Below, piece by piece: positions 8,306 through 17,866 of a DNA stretch of 44,436 nucleotides. Under the pieces are notes generated by a model. It was not told where the DNA came from and ran no database searches. It saw only the letters and a program-made list of their open reading frames with translations. How positions within the stretch are numbered: the stretch's first letter is position 1; every line of letters begins with the position of its first letter. The position numbers and the translations under genes are program-made. Source of the stretch: Clostridia bacterium. GTDB taxonomy: Bacteria > Bacillota > Clostridia > Christensenellales > Aristaeellaceae. The stretch covers positions 1-44,436 of the forward strand of contig JAFUBF010000482.1 in the NCBI GenBank assembly GCA_017460325.1. The letters run 5' to 3'.

Positions 8306-9526
8306 ATGAAAAAAGACGAAAACAGACGATACGTGAAAGTGGGCGTTATGTTGCTGGCCGTTCTCAGTCTGGCGATTCTCCTGACCTTTGCGCTTTTCCG
8401 TCTGGACGGAATTATCAAAATGGTCCGTACGGCACTGCGGATCATGCAGCCCTTCGTGTACGGCGCGGTCATTGCCTATATCCTTGCGCCGCTGTGCGGG
8501 AAAATCGAAGAAGGTCTGATCCGCCTGCTGGGGGAAAAACGGAGGCGGCTGTGTGCGGGGCTGTCCATTTTCCTGTCGGTTCTCCTCTTTATTCTGCTGA
8601 TTGTTCTGCTCATTGCCATCGTCATTCCGCGGGTATTCAACAGCATTGTCACCATTGTCAATTCCCTTCCGGGCCAGCTGAGGGAGCTGAGCCGGAAGAT
8701 TGATGAACTGGTGGCCATGGATGAGGACCTGCAGAAGGCCTGGACAGGGATTACCAGCGAGATCATCCGACGGGTGCAGAACTTCCGGAATACGGGGCTG
8801 ATGCCCATTGCCCAGCGGCTGCTGTCCGGCACTGCTACCTATGTTTCCGTCATTTTCCGGTTCCTGAGCAATCTGATTCTGGCCATTGTCATGACGGTCT
8901 ATCTTCTGGCAACCAGAAAACGCATTGCGGCGCAGGCACATCTGGTCGTGAGGAGCATCTTTTCAACCAAATGGGCGGACCGGATCGAGGGCGAGATCCA
9001 TTTTGCGGATCAGATGTTCAACGGCTTTTTCATGGGCAAACTCCTGGACAGTGCGATCATCGGGATCCTCTGTTTCCTGGGCTGCGTGGCGATGCGTTTC
9101 AGCTCCGCTCCGCTGATTGCAGTGGTCGTGGGAATTACCAACATTATTCCGTTCTTCGGACCGTTCATCGGGGCGATTCCCTGTCTCCTGATCCTGTTCC
9201 TTGAAAACCCTCTCCACAGCCTGATGTTCCTCATCTTCATCCTCATCCTGCAGCAGCTGGACGGGAATTTCATCGGCCCCCGGATTCTCGGCAACACCAC
9301 CGGGCTCTCCGGTCTCTGGGTCACCTTCGCCATCCTGCTCTTTGGCGGCCTCTGGGGCATTACCGGCATGATCGTCGGGGTTCCGCTCTTTGCCGTCATC
9401 TATGATGTGGCCCGCAAGCTCTGCCACAAGGGGCTTCGCTTCCGCGGCAGGGAGGACCTGATCCGGAACTACATGGCAAAATTCCATCCGCCCCTCAGAC
9501 AGCCGGCCAAAGCGCCGAAAGAGTAA
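8306..9526 (+). CDS. AI-2E family transporter (PerM/YtvI-like, UPF0118) integral membrane protein
   Basis: 406-aa polytopic membrane protein with the family-typical segment ITNIIPFFGPFIGAIPCLLILFL and a GxxG-rich C-terminal TM region. RBS GAGGGT lies before ATG 8306. Confidence 0.8.
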   Translation: MKKDENRRYVKVGVMLLAVLSLAILLTFALFRLDGIIKMVRTALRIMQPFVYGAVIAYILAPLCGKIEEGLIRLLGEKRRRLCAGLSIFLSVLLFILLIVLLIAIVIPRVFNSIVTIVNSLPGQLRELSRKIDELVAMDEDLQKAWTGITSEIIRRVQNFRNTGLMPIAQRLLSGTATYVSVIFRFLSNLILAIVMTVYLLATRKRIAAQAHLVVRSIFSTKWADRIEGEIHFADQMFNGFFMGKLLDSAIIGILCFLGCVAMRFSSAPLIAVVVGITNIIPFFGPFIGAIPCLLILFLENPLHSLMFLIFILILQQLDGNFIGPRILGNTTGLSGLWVTFAILLFGGLWGITGMIVGVPLFAVIYDVARKLCHKGLRFRGREDLIRNYMAKFHPPLRQPAKAPKE

Positions 9527-9536
9527 AAAACCGAAA

Positions 9537-9588
9537 CAGGCAGCCCCATGACCCTCAACTACGGGTCATGGGGCTGCCTGTTATCTTT
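9537..9588. terminator. Bidirectional rho-independent terminator between convergent genes
   Basis: 18-bp perfect stem: CAGGCAGCCCCATGACCC (9537-9554) pairs with GGGTCATGGGGCTGCCTG (9563-9580) across an 8-nt loop. It is flanked by TTATCTTT on the plus strand and by AAAAAACCGAAA (a T-tract for the minus strand) upstream. Confidence 0.85.
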
Positions 9589-9595
9589 GCAGGGA

Positions 9596-10876
9596 TCAGC
9601 ATTCCACGCGGATCATGCTCTTCACGTCGACCAGTTCCGCATTGAGCGAGGAAATGGTTTCCTGTACAGCCTGTTCGTTTGCCTCATGGGTAATGAGAAT
9701 GATCTGCGCACGTCCCTTCTCCTTTGAGGGGCGCTGAAGAAGCGAGGCGATGGAAATGGACCTGGCTGAGAAGGCACTGGCCACGCTTCCGAGAACGCCC
9801 GGTGTATCCGCTGCATCCAGGCGCACAAAATAGCGGCAGTTCCAGTTGTCTGTAAAGGAGATCGCCGGGTCCGTCTCGGCGGTGTTGTCAAAAGAGGGTA
9901 CGGTGGGCGTATCCATGTGACAGGCGGCATAGAGGATGTCTCCGCAGATGGCGCTGGCTGTCGGTTTGTCGCCCGCGCCGCGGCCCTGGAGCATCATATC
10001 CTGACAGTACTTGCCGTGAATATAGATGGCGTTGAGGGAACCGTCCACCCGGGCGAGCGGATGCTCATTGGGCAGGAAGGTGGGATGAACCCGTACCTCA
10101 ATGGAGTTGCCGCTGCGCTTTCCGATCGCCAGGAGCTTCAGGGTATAGCCCATTTCCCGGCCATAGGCAATATCGTCCGGCGTGATGCCGGTAATGCCTT
10201 CCCGGTGAATTTTCGCATAGGTAACACGGGTATGGAAGGCAATGGAGGAGAGGATGGAAAGCTTGTAAGCGGCATCATACCCCTCCACGTCCGCCGTGGG
10301 GTTCGGCTCCGCAAGACCGAGCTGCTGCGCCTCGGCCAGCACATCCGTGTAGGAGCGGCCCTGCTGGCTCATCTGCGTCAGGATGTAATTCGTGGTTCCG
10401 TTGACAATGCCCATGACCTGGTCGATCTCGTCGGCATTGAGGGAAACGGTCAGGGAACGGATGACCGGAATGACGCCGCCGACACTGGCCTCATAATACA
10501 GTCCGGCATGGTGCCCGACGGCGGCCGCCTGCAGCCTGTGCCAGTTCAGTGCCAGGGCCATCTTGTTGGCCGTGACAACGGTCTTTCCGTTTTCAAGCGC
10601 CTGCTGCATGAAAGAGGCGGCAGGCTGTTCGCCGCCCATGAATTCGCAGATGATATCAATGTCGGGATCCTTCAGCACCTCATCCGCGTGCTCGGTCATG
10701 ATGTCCTTCGGGACGTCGGACCGGGCTTCGGCAATGCTTTTCACCAGTGCACTTTTAATACGGATGTCAATGTTTTCCCGTTTCAGAATTTCCCCGTGCA
10801 TGTCGGTCAGGAGGTGATAAACGCCTCCGCCGATGTTTCCGCAGCCAAGAAATCCGAGAGTAATGACTTTTGCCAT
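9596..10876 (-). CDS. hom: Homoserine dehydrogenase with C-terminal ACT domain
   Basis: N-terminal Rossmann motif MAKVITLGFLGCGNIGGGV, a central homoserine-DH core (VTANKMALA..., VGGVIPVIRSL, GIVNGTTNYILTQM) and an ACT-like C-terminus. ATG 10876 with AAAGGA RBS is preferred over the track start at 10921. Confidence 0.9.
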   Translation of the reverse strand: MAKVITLGFLGCGNIGGGVYHLLTDMHGEILKRENIDIRIKSALVKSIAEARSDVPKDIMTEHADEVLKDPDIDIICEFMGGEQPAASFMQQALENGKTVVTANKMALALNWHRLQAAAVGHHAGLYYEASVGGVIPVIRSLTVSLNADEIDQVMGIVNGTTNYILTQMSQQGRSYTDVLAEAQQLGLAEPNPTADVEGYDAAYKLSILSSIAFHTRVTYAKIHREGITGITPDDIAYGREMGYTLKLLAIGKRSGNSIEVRVHPTFLPNEHPLARVDGSLNAIYIHGKYCQDMMLQGRGAGDKPTASAICGDILYAACHMDTPTVPSFDNTAETDPAISFTDNWNCRYFVRLDAADTPGVLGSVASAFSARSISIASLLQRPSKEKGRAQIILITHEANEQAVQETISSLNAELVDVKSMIRVEC

Positions 10877-11301
10877 GACGTCTGTCCTTTCAAAGAAGAT
10901 GGATTTTCGGCGATGAGCCACCGGGTCTTTTGCGGCTGCCCATCACTGACAAACTGTCGCGAAGCAGCATCCCGCTCACTCGAGGGGACTGTCTGCGCCT
11001 TATTCTGTGTTCAGATCGGTTCTCCGTCGTCCCGGCAAAGGGCCGGGCCAATGTGCATGAGAGCCGAATGCCCGCATTATAGCATACTTTCCCGGGCAGG
11101 AACATGTGGACCGCCAAAAAAGCTGAAAAACCCACTTTACCGGCAAACAGGAATCGCCGTTGTCCTGACACGGCGATTCCTGTTCTATCCGCTGTTATGT
11201 CGTCATTCCCAATCACCGGATAAAAACTCCGGTTTCTGAGAAACACGGCTTCTCACGGTATCAGGGATCACCGTTTTTCAGCTATACCTGCTCAGCCAGC
11301 T

Positions 11302-11502
11302 TCAGCTTTTTTTATTCATGTCTACAACAGCACGCGCCATCTCGTAGGTTTCTTTTGTAATCCCCACCGCTGTGCATGCTCTATCCTCGTCGAGACCTTG
11401 CTCCTTCATCTTTCGTTCCACAAGGTCTACATACACCTTTGCAACACAGAAGTCCGCATACTGCCGTTTCTCCTGCTCATATCTTTCTCCAAGCACTGTC
11501 AT
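11302..11502 (-). CDS. Small hypothetical protein (66 aa), possible HTH-like segment
   Basis: Strong RBS (CAGGAGGTACCGGATATG). A hairpin at 11146-11184 followed by a T-rich tract on the minus strand could be its terminator. The segment ACTAVGITKETYEMA looks helix-turn-helix-like. I recognise no family. Confidence 0.5.
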   Translation of the reverse strand: MTVLGERYEQEKRQYADFCVAKVYVDLVERKMKEQGLDEDRACTAVGITKETYEMARAVVDMNKKS

Positions 11503-11819
11503 ATCCGGTACCTCCTGTAAGCTGACTCGAAGTCCACGATCGCATAAGAGCCATCTTCAGGCAGGAATACATGATCCGATGTCCTGTCCGATGCTTCTAT
11601 GGTCGGGGAGTCGTCCCATCCTAAGCCGAAAGCCCATAAAAGTCAAGTGCCACAACGTTTCGGCCTCTGAACCGGAACGGTACACGGGGAGACAAAAAGA
11701 ACGGCTGACAATATAACGTCATTCACTGAAGTCCTCTTTTTCGTAAGGAGATTCGGATACATTTGGTGTTGTACAGGTGCGGGTTTCATGTGCAGTAACA
11801 TGAGATGAATGTACGCAGA

Positions 11820-11848
11820 TTGACCATTTGGATGTTTTGTGACATAAT
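11820..11848 (+). promoter_or_regulatory. Sigma-A type promoter candidate upstream of the namZ-like gene
   Basis: TTGACC (11820-11825), a 17-nt spacer, then CATAAT (11843-11848). This implies a ~235-nt 5' leader before ATG 12089. Confidence 0.5.
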
Positions 11849-12088
11849 TTGCTGGTCAGAGACACATTCAATGTTTATCCGTGAAACCGTTCGATCTGTC
11901 CGCTGATCGCGGGACCCGCCATAACGAAATCTCCCGTTTGTTGAAGAGAGGAAGATCAGCAGTTGAAAGCACGGACGGGGATATCAGAGCGGTTATCTGG
12001 CGCAGAAGGGATGCGAACACGGCAGGTGAGCTTCAGATAAGGGACCCTTCAGAATGCGGCTGATGGAGTGACAGAACAAGGAGGAAAA

Positions 12089-13402
12089 ATGAGAATACTT
12101 GGCAGACTGTTCCTGCTGGCAGGAATGATGGCGTTTGCACTATGGACGGGTGCGGCGGCACAGGAAAGTGTTGTCCTTGGAGACGAGCAGTTTGATGTCT
12201 ATCTGCCGTTGCTCGAGGGAAAACGGGTGGCGCTGTTTTCCAACCAGTCCGGAATTGTGGGGAACCGGATCCTGAATGCGGTGGAGCCGGAGGAGGGAAC
12301 GGATACGACCCTGATCCCCTTTGGCAGGGATGCCGGGGGAAATGAGGTGACCTATGGCGAGCATATCCTGGATGCACTGATTTCAAGAGGCATTCAGGTC
12401 AGTGCGGTATTCTGCCCGGAACATGGATTTCGAAACATGGCGGATGCCGGAAGCACGATCAATGATTCGGTTGATGAGAAGACCGGGGTGCCGCTTCTGT
12501 CCCTGTATTCGGGGAATACGAATTATCCCAGCGAGGAGGCCATGGAGACCTTTGATGTCCTGGTGATTGATATCCAGGATGTGGGCGTCCGGTTTTATAC
12601 CTACTGGATTTCCATGTCCTATCTGATGGATGCCTGCGCAAGTCATGGCAAGGAAGTGATCTTGCTGGACAGGCCGAATCCCAACGGATTCTGTCTGGAC
12701 GGTCCGGTTCTGAAAGAGCCGTTTGCCTCCGGGGTAGGAAAGTACCCGATTCCCATGGCGTATGGGATGACACTGGGGGAACTGGCCCGGATGATCAACG
12801 GCGAGGGGTGGCTCAACGCGGGAAAGGATGCCTGTAATCTGACGGTGATCCCGTGCCAGAATTACACCCACCAGACCCGGACGGACCTGATCTGTGCGCC
12901 GTCGCCGAACCTGAAGGATATGCGGGCCATCTATCTGTATCCGTCGATCTGTCTGTTTGAGAATACGTCGGTCTCCGTTGGCCGCGGAACACAGATGCCG
13001 TTTGAAATCTACGGAAGCCCCCTGCTTGAGGGAAATGAAAAGTATCCCTTTTCCTTCATTCCGGAGAGTATGCCCGGGGCAACGGACCCGCCGATGAAGG
13101 GACAGGAGTGCTTCGGCCGGGATCTCAGAGAGAAACCGGTGGAGGAAATCTGGCAGGAAGGGATTCAGCTGGATTACCTGATTGAAGCCTACCATGCGGT
13201 GACGGAGGAACATCCCGAGGTGTCTTTCTTTGGAAAGAGCGACAGTCAGGGACGATACTGGCTCGATAAACTCTGCGGGACAGATCAGGTCCGCAGGATG
13301 ATTGAAGAAGGGCATACCGCCGGGGAAATCCGGGCGACATGGACGGAGGAACTGGAAAAGTTCAGGGGGATGCGGAGCGCGTATCTGCTTTACGCCGACT
13401 GA
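12089..13402 (+). CDS. namZ: DUF1343 family protein, exo-beta-N-acetylmuramidase NamZ-like, secreted
   Basis: AAGGAGG RBS before ATG 12089 and a signal peptide MRILGRLFLLAGMMAFALWTGAAAQ. DUF1343-typical blocks are present: VALFSNQSGIVGN, VFCPEHGFRN, VIDIQDVGVRFYTYWISMSYLMDAC, ILLDRPNP. Confidence 0.8.
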   Translation: MRILGRLFLLAGMMAFALWTGAAAQESVVLGDEQFDVYLPLLEGKRVALFSNQSGIVGNRILNAVEPEEGTDTTLIPFGRDAGGNEVTYGEHILDALISRGIQVSAVFCPEHGFRNMADAGSTINDSVDEKTGVPLLSLYSGNTNYPSEEAMETFDVLVIDIQDVGVRFYTYWISMSYLMDACASHGKEVILLDRPNPNGFCLDGPVLKEPFASGVGKYPIPMAYGMTLGELARMINGEGWLNAGKDACNLTVIPCQNYTHQTRTDLICAPSPNLKDMRAIYLYPSICLFENTSVSVGRGTQMPFEIYGSPLLEGNEKYPFSFIPESMPGATDPPMKGQECFGRDLREKPVEEIWQEGIQLDYLIEAYHAVTEEHPEVSFFGKSDSQGRYWLDKLCGTDQVRRMIEEGHTAGEIRATWTEELEKFRGMRSAYLLYAD

Positions 13403-13457
13403 TCAGCCGGCAGGTCAGCGGGAGGCGGTCCGGTCTGCCTGCGGGAACGGATAAAAG

Positions 13458-13510
13458 AGGCTGCGAAAACGGAACAACGGTTCCGCTTTCGCAGCCTTTG
13501 TTTCGGTTTT
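13458..13510. terminator. Rho-independent terminator between convergent namZ-like and GH3 genes
   Basis: Long stem: AGGCTGCGAAAACGGAAC pairs with GTTCCGCTTTCGCAGCCT (13458-13497), followed by TTGTTTCGGTTTT. Confidence 0.8.
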
Positions 13511-13519
13511 GGGAAACGA

Positions 13520-15784
13520 TCAGGAATTCAGCGCATCCAGCAGCGTTTTCAGCTCCTCATGGTTTCCCATGCCGAAGCTGATCATCCCACGCAGAGGCAA
13601 ATAGCGAATCATGGCCAGACTCATATCAGCGGAAATCGCTTCCCCCGCAGCAGATCCCTCCCCGTCGCTCGGAGCGAAGGTGGAAAGGAGGGCCTGCATG
13701 GAATCCTGCATAATGGGTACGGCTTTGGGATTGGTCAGGATATCCATGAAGATGGAATCCTCGGTATAGGTAACCGGGATTTCCGTCGTACCGGTGACCT
13801 CCACTTCGGCACAGAGAACGATATCACGGCTGCTGCGGCCGATCTGAATGTCAAACTTTCCGGATTCCACATACCAGTCGTGAATGTCCGTGGACCAGTA
13901 GGCAAAGGAACGTTTGTCAAGGGTGAAGGAGACGGTCTTTGTTTCGCCCGGGGCCAGTTCGACCTTGTCAAAGCCCTTCAGTTCACGTACCGGACGGAAG
14001 ACACTGCTCTCGGGATCGCTGACGTAGAGCTGGACAACCTCCTTGCCGGACCGCTTTCCGGTATTGGTAACATCCACGCAGACGGTCAGGGTGTCCGTAT
14101 CCTTTATGTGATCGGCACTCAGCACCAGGTTGCTGTAACGGAAGGTGGTGTAACTGAGACCGTACCCAAAGGGATAGAGAACCTCCATCTTCTTCCTGTC
14201 GTAATAGCGGTATCCAACGAAGATGCCCTCGCTGTACACGGCGGTATTGCCCTCTCCGCCATAGCTCAGGTAGCAGGGGGTATCCTCAAGCCGCAGCGGC
14301 ATGGTTTCCGGAAGGCGGCCGCTGGGATTTACTTCACCGTACAGGACGGCACGGTTGGCGGTGCCGACATTCTGTCCGGCCAGATAACCCTCAATCAGGC
14401 CTTTTACAAGTCCGTTCCACGGCATCTCGACAGGGGAACCGTTGTAGAGAAGGACGATCAGGTTCGGGTTGACGGCGGCCAGCTTTTCAATCAGGCGGTT
14501 CTGGTTGGCAGGCATCTGCATGTGGGAGCGGTCATATCCCTCGGATTCAAAGCTGTCCGGCAGACCGGCCACGACGACGACCTTGTCGGCGGCGGCGGCC
14601 ACCCTGAGGGCCTCAGCCGTCAGGGCCTCGTCCTCATCGGTACTCTCGATGCGGTAGCCCTGCGCATACGTCACATTAGCCTTGTCACTGAGGGCATCCA
14701 TCAGGCTGGTGACTTTGAAACTGTTGATATGGGAACTGCCGCCGCCCTGGAACCGCGGTTTTACGGCAAACTCACCGATAATGGCGACCCTGTCGCTGTC
14801 CGCCAGCGGAAGGATGTCATCCTCATTTTTCAGCAGCACCAGGCAGTCCGCGGCGAGGCGTCCGGCCAGTTCGTGATCCGCGTCCTTATCCCAGGGTGTC
14901 TCGGGTTTCCGGTTCTTCAGATAGCGCTCGTGCACATTCAGAATGTGTTCGACGCACAGATCCACGTACTTTTCATCCAGTCGCCCTTCCCGGACCGCCT
15001 TAACCACCTCGGCATCATTGATGCCGTTGGAGCCGGGCATTTCAAGATCCAGGCCGGCCTCGACGCCGCAGGGCCTTCGGGAGACGGCGCCCCAGTCGCT
15101 CATGACATACCCGTCAAAGCCCCATTCGCCGCGCAACAGATCGGTGAGGAGCCATTTGTGTTCCGAGGCATAGGTGCCGTTCAGCCTGTTGTAGGAACAC
15201 ATAAAGGTCCAGGCTTTCCCGCGTTTGGCCGAGGCCTCAAATGCGGGCAGATAGATTTCGCGCAGGGTCCGCTCGTCCACGACACTGTCAGAGGACATGC
15301 GGCGGTGTTCCTGATCGTTTGCGGCAAAGTGCTTGACGCTGACGCCGATGTTCTTGCTCTGGACGCCGCGGATCAGGTCGACGGCCATTTCACCGGCCAG
15401 ATACGGATCCTCACTCATGTATTCAAAGTTCCGGCCGCAGAGGGGGGAACGCTTGATATTGATGGCGGGTCCGAGGTTGATGGCGACCTCCTCGTGCTGG
15501 CACTCGTCGCCAATGGCCTCGCCCAGACGATGAACCAGACTGCGGTCAAAGCTGGCCGTACTGGCACAGGCGGCCGGGAAACAGACAGCCTTGATGCTGT
15601 CGTTGATGCCGAGATGATCTCCTGACTGATCCTGTTTGCGCAGGCCGTGAGGTCCGTCGGAGACCATTACCCCTTCAATGCCGAGCCGGGGAATGCCCCT
15701 GGTGTGCCAGAAATCGGCTCCGGAAAGAAGGGATGCCTTTTCCTCCAGAGTCATTTGGGCGATCAGATCCTTTACTGAACTCAT
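13520..15784 (-). CDS. Glycoside hydrolase family 3 beta-glucosidase-like enzyme (BglX-like) with C-terminal fibronectin-III-like domain
   Basis: 754 aa with GH3 blocks SDGPHGLRKQ, KHFAANDQE and GFDGYVMSDWGA (nucleophile Asp). The tail is typical of three-domain GH3 enzymes (VQLYVSDPESSVFRPVRELKGFDKVELAPGETKTVSFTL). Confidence 0.88.
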   Translation of the reverse strand: MSSVKDLIAQMTLEEKASLLSGADFWHTRGIPRLGIEGVMVSDGPHGLRKQDQSGDHLGINDSIKAVCFPAACASTASFDRSLVHRLGEAIGDECQHEEVAINLGPAINIKRSPLCGRNFEYMSEDPYLAGEMAVDLIRGVQSKNIGVSVKHFAANDQEHRRMSSDSVVDERTLREIYLPAFEASAKRGKAWTFMCSYNRLNGTYASEHKWLLTDLLRGEWGFDGYVMSDWGAVSRRPCGVEAGLDLEMPGSNGINDAEVVKAVREGRLDEKYVDLCVEHILNVHERYLKNRKPETPWDKDADHELAGRLAADCLVLLKNEDDILPLADSDRVAIIGEFAVKPRFQGGGSSHINSFKVTSLMDALSDKANVTYAQGYRIESTDEDEALTAEALRVAAAADKVVVVAGLPDSFESEGYDRSHMQMPANQNRLIEKLAAVNPNLIVLLYNGSPVEMPWNGLVKGLIEGYLAGQNVGTANRAVLYGEVNPSGRLPETMPLRLEDTPCYLSYGGEGNTAVYSEGIFVGYRYYDRKKMEVLYPFGYGLSYTTFRYSNLVLSADHIKDTDTLTVCVDVTNTGKRSGKEVVQLYVSDPESSVFRPVRELKGFDKVELAPGETKTVSFTLDKRSFAYWSTDIHDWYVESGKFDIQIGRSSRDIVLCAEVEVTGTTEIPVTYTEDSIFMDILTNPKAVPIMQDSMQALLSTFAPSDGEGSAAGEAISADMSLAMIRYLPLRGMISFGMGNHEELKTLLDALNS

Positions 15785-15904
15785 TCACAGGTCCTCCTTT
15801 AGTGATTAATGTCGAATCGCAGGAAACGGATATGGAAAATACTAACATGATTCCGGCATTGTATCAATATGTAAATGCAATTTCAAAAAATTTTTTTGTG
15901 CATA

Positions 15905-15933
15905 TTGACAGATTCTTTCCGGATTGTTATCAT
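15905..15933 (+). promoter_or_regulatory. Sigma-A type promoter for the ABC importer operon
   Basis: TTGACA (15905-15910), a 17-nt spacer, then TATCAT (15928-15933), within an AT-rich divergent intergenic region. Confidence 0.6.
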
Positions 15934-15943
15934 TTGTCTAGCC

Positions 15944-15955
15944 GAAAACGTTTTA
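15944..15955. promoter_or_regulatory. Candidate LacI-family/cre-like operator
   Basis: Near-palindrome GAAAACGTTTTA centred on CG, 11 nt downstream of the -10 box. It matches the AANCGNTT core of cre/LacI-type operators, but the outer positions of the cre consensus do not match. Confidence 0.3.
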
Positions 15956-16011
15956 CCCGAAGATGGATTTAAGGCATCTGCCTTGAAATAAATTTTTAGG
16001 AGGAACTACTC

Positions 16012-17799
16012 ATGAGGACATTGTTATCTCTCGTCCTGGCGCTGGTCATGCTGGTCTCCGTTGCCTGCATCGCCACCGCTGAGACAGCCACGGATCTCCC
16101 CCGCAATGAGACGCTGTATTTCGGCGGTCAGCAGTGGGGACCGACCATCGGCTTCAACGCACTCAGCTCGAACATGAACAACGCGATGGTGATCGCATCC
16201 AACCCGCGCGGCTCCCGTACGCTGATGTTCGAGACGCTGTACATGTACAACTCCCTCGACGGCAAGCTCTATCCGCTGCTCGCCGATGGAGACTATGAGT
16301 GGAATGATGATCTCACGAAGATGACCGTGAAGATCAAGAAAGAAGCCAAGTGGTCAAATGGCAACCCGGTTACCGCCGAGGACGTTGTTGCCACATGGGA
16401 TGCCGCCGTTCTGACCAAGAACAATACGTACACCGGCTATTCTCCGTACATTGAGAAAGTGGAAGCGGTGGATGGCGCTGTCGTCATCACCACGACCCTT
16501 ACCGATGCAGGCAAGCCCACCAACCCGCTCCAGGTTCTGAACTTTGTGAGCGCCACCTATATCCTCGAGAAGGACTGGCTCGCCGCCCTGGCTGCAAGGA
16601 ACGACAATGATGCGGCCAAGATGCTGGAGGATCCGGCCGAGGATATCGTCTATTCCGGTCCGTATCACGGGTATTTCTCCAACGACCAGCTGGCTGCCTT
16701 CGTTCGCGATGACAACTACTGGGGCGCCTGCGAGGCCATGTGGGGAGCTCTCCCGGCACCGAAGTACATTGCCCATGCCCTTTACAGCGATAACGATGCG
16801 GCGCTGGTTGCCTTCACGGCCGGTCAGATCGACGTGAACCAGCAGTTCATCGCCAACGTGCAGAAACTGTGGGAAGATCAGGATCTGCCGATCGCGACCT
16901 ATATGAGCGAGGAACCGTACAACATCTGCACCACCATGCCCACCGCCTGGTACAACATGGAAATCCCGGTTCTCCAGGTGAAGGAAGTCCGCAAGGCTAT
17001 CGCCATGGCGGTTGACTATGACCAGATCATCGAGAACGCCATGACCAATCAGTGCCCGAGCTTTGCTGCCGTACCGCGTTCTGTCATGAACCCGACCGAC
17101 GGTGAGCAGGCGCTCTATGATCATGACGCTGTGAAGGATCTCCAGTGGATTGGCAAGGACATCGAAGGCGCCAAGGCGCTCCTCGATTCTGCCGGCATCG
17201 TTGACTCCGATGGCGACGGCTATCGTGAGTACAATGGCGAGAAGATCTCCCTGAATGCCTGCTGCCCCAACGGCTGGACCGACTGGCAGGCCGCAATGGA
17301 AATCGTTGCTGCTGCCGGACAGGCCATCGGACTGGACATCACCACCAATTATCCCGAGTGGAGCATCTATCAGACCGTTTTCACCAAGGCTTCCCAGACC
17401 GAGTATGACATCTTCATGTACAGCCCGGCAGGTGCCGAGCCGGCCGCTCCCTGGAGCCGTGTCCGCTCTTTCATGAGCTCCGACTTCCTGGGTGCTGACA
17501 ACAACTGGTCCGGCAACTACGGTCACTTCAAGAATGACCGCATTGACGAGATCATTGCGACGATTCCGCTGACGACCGATGAGGATGAAATCAAGGCGCT
17601 CTATACCGAGGCGACCAAGATTTATCTGGATGAGGTTCCGAGCTTCTCTCTCATGTATCGTCCTGATTACTTCCATGCTGTCAATGAGTCTGTATGGACC
17701 GGATTCCCGGAGTATAACGACGGAGATAACATTCCGCCCGCTGACTGCACCGATGGATATGGCATCGCTGCTCTGTACAACCTTGAGCTGATCAAGTAA
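16012..17799 (+). CDS. ABC transporter substrate-binding lipoprotein, family 5 (Opp/Dpp/oligosaccharide type)
   Basis: 595 aa. The signal peptide has a lipobox-like LVSVAC. Its size, and the downstream OppB/C/D/F-type genes, fit SBP family 5. Confidence 0.8.
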   Translation: MRTLLSLVLALVMLVSVACIATAETATDLPRNETLYFGGQQWGPTIGFNALSSNMNNAMVIASNPRGSRTLMFETLYMYNSLDGKLYPLLADGDYEWNDDLTKMTVKIKKEAKWSNGNPVTAEDVVATWDAAVLTKNNTYTGYSPYIEKVEAVDGAVVITTTLTDAGKPTNPLQVLNFVSATYILEKDWLAALAARNDNDAAKMLEDPAEDIVYSGPYHGYFSNDQLAAFVRDDNYWGACEAMWGALPAPKYIAHALYSDNDAALVAFTAGQIDVNQQFIANVQKLWEDQDLPIATYMSEEPYNICTTMPTAWYNMEIPVLQVKEVRKAIAMAVDYDQIIENAMTNQCPSFAAVPRSVMNPTDGEQALYDHDAVKDLQWIGKDIEGAKALLDSAGIVDSDGDGYREYNGEKISLNACCPNGWTDWQAAMEIVAAAGQAIGLDITTNYPEWSIYQTVFTKASQTEYDIFMYSPAGAEPAAPWSRVRSFMSSDFLGADNNWSGNYGHFKNDRIDEIIATIPLTTDEDEIKALYTEATKIYLDEVPSFSLMYRPDYFHAVNESVWTGFPEYNDGDNIPPADCTDGYGIAALYNLELIK

Positions 17800-17811
17800 G
17801 AGCTTAATAGA

Positions 17812-17848
17812 GCGGCCATAACCGGACAGGTTGTGGCCGCCCTTTTAT
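17812..17848 (+). terminator. Intra-operon hairpin/attenuator after the SBP gene
   Basis: GCGGCCA (17812-17818) pairs with TGGCCGC (17834-17840), followed by CCTTTTAT. This is the usual arrangement giving excess SBP transcript. Confidence 0.45.
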
Positions 17849-17866
17849 ATGCAGGGAGGTGATACC

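Noticed and set aside
7031-8941. 636-aa minus-strand ORF crossing the SMC-like gene end and the AI-2E gene start
   Set aside because: It spans an intergenic boundary between two well-supported plus-strand genes. It is low-complexity and has no RBS or domain signal.
10877-11125. S-box or T-box upstream of hom
   Set aside because: There is no GAGGGA/GGCCC...AAGGTGCTAA S-box core, no intact GGTGGTACCGCG T-box sequence and no terminator. It is kept only as an unclassified long leader.
9917-11239. 440-aa plus-strand ORF opposite hom
   Set aside because: It is antisense to an unambiguous homoserine dehydrogenase gene and extends through its promoter region. It has no motifs.
11530-11700. GTACCGTTC-containing stretch reminiscent of a group II intron domain V 3' half (minus strand)
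   Set aside because: No complementary 5' half, no GTGCG 5' end, no reverse transcriptase ORF and no domain VI bulged A could be found.
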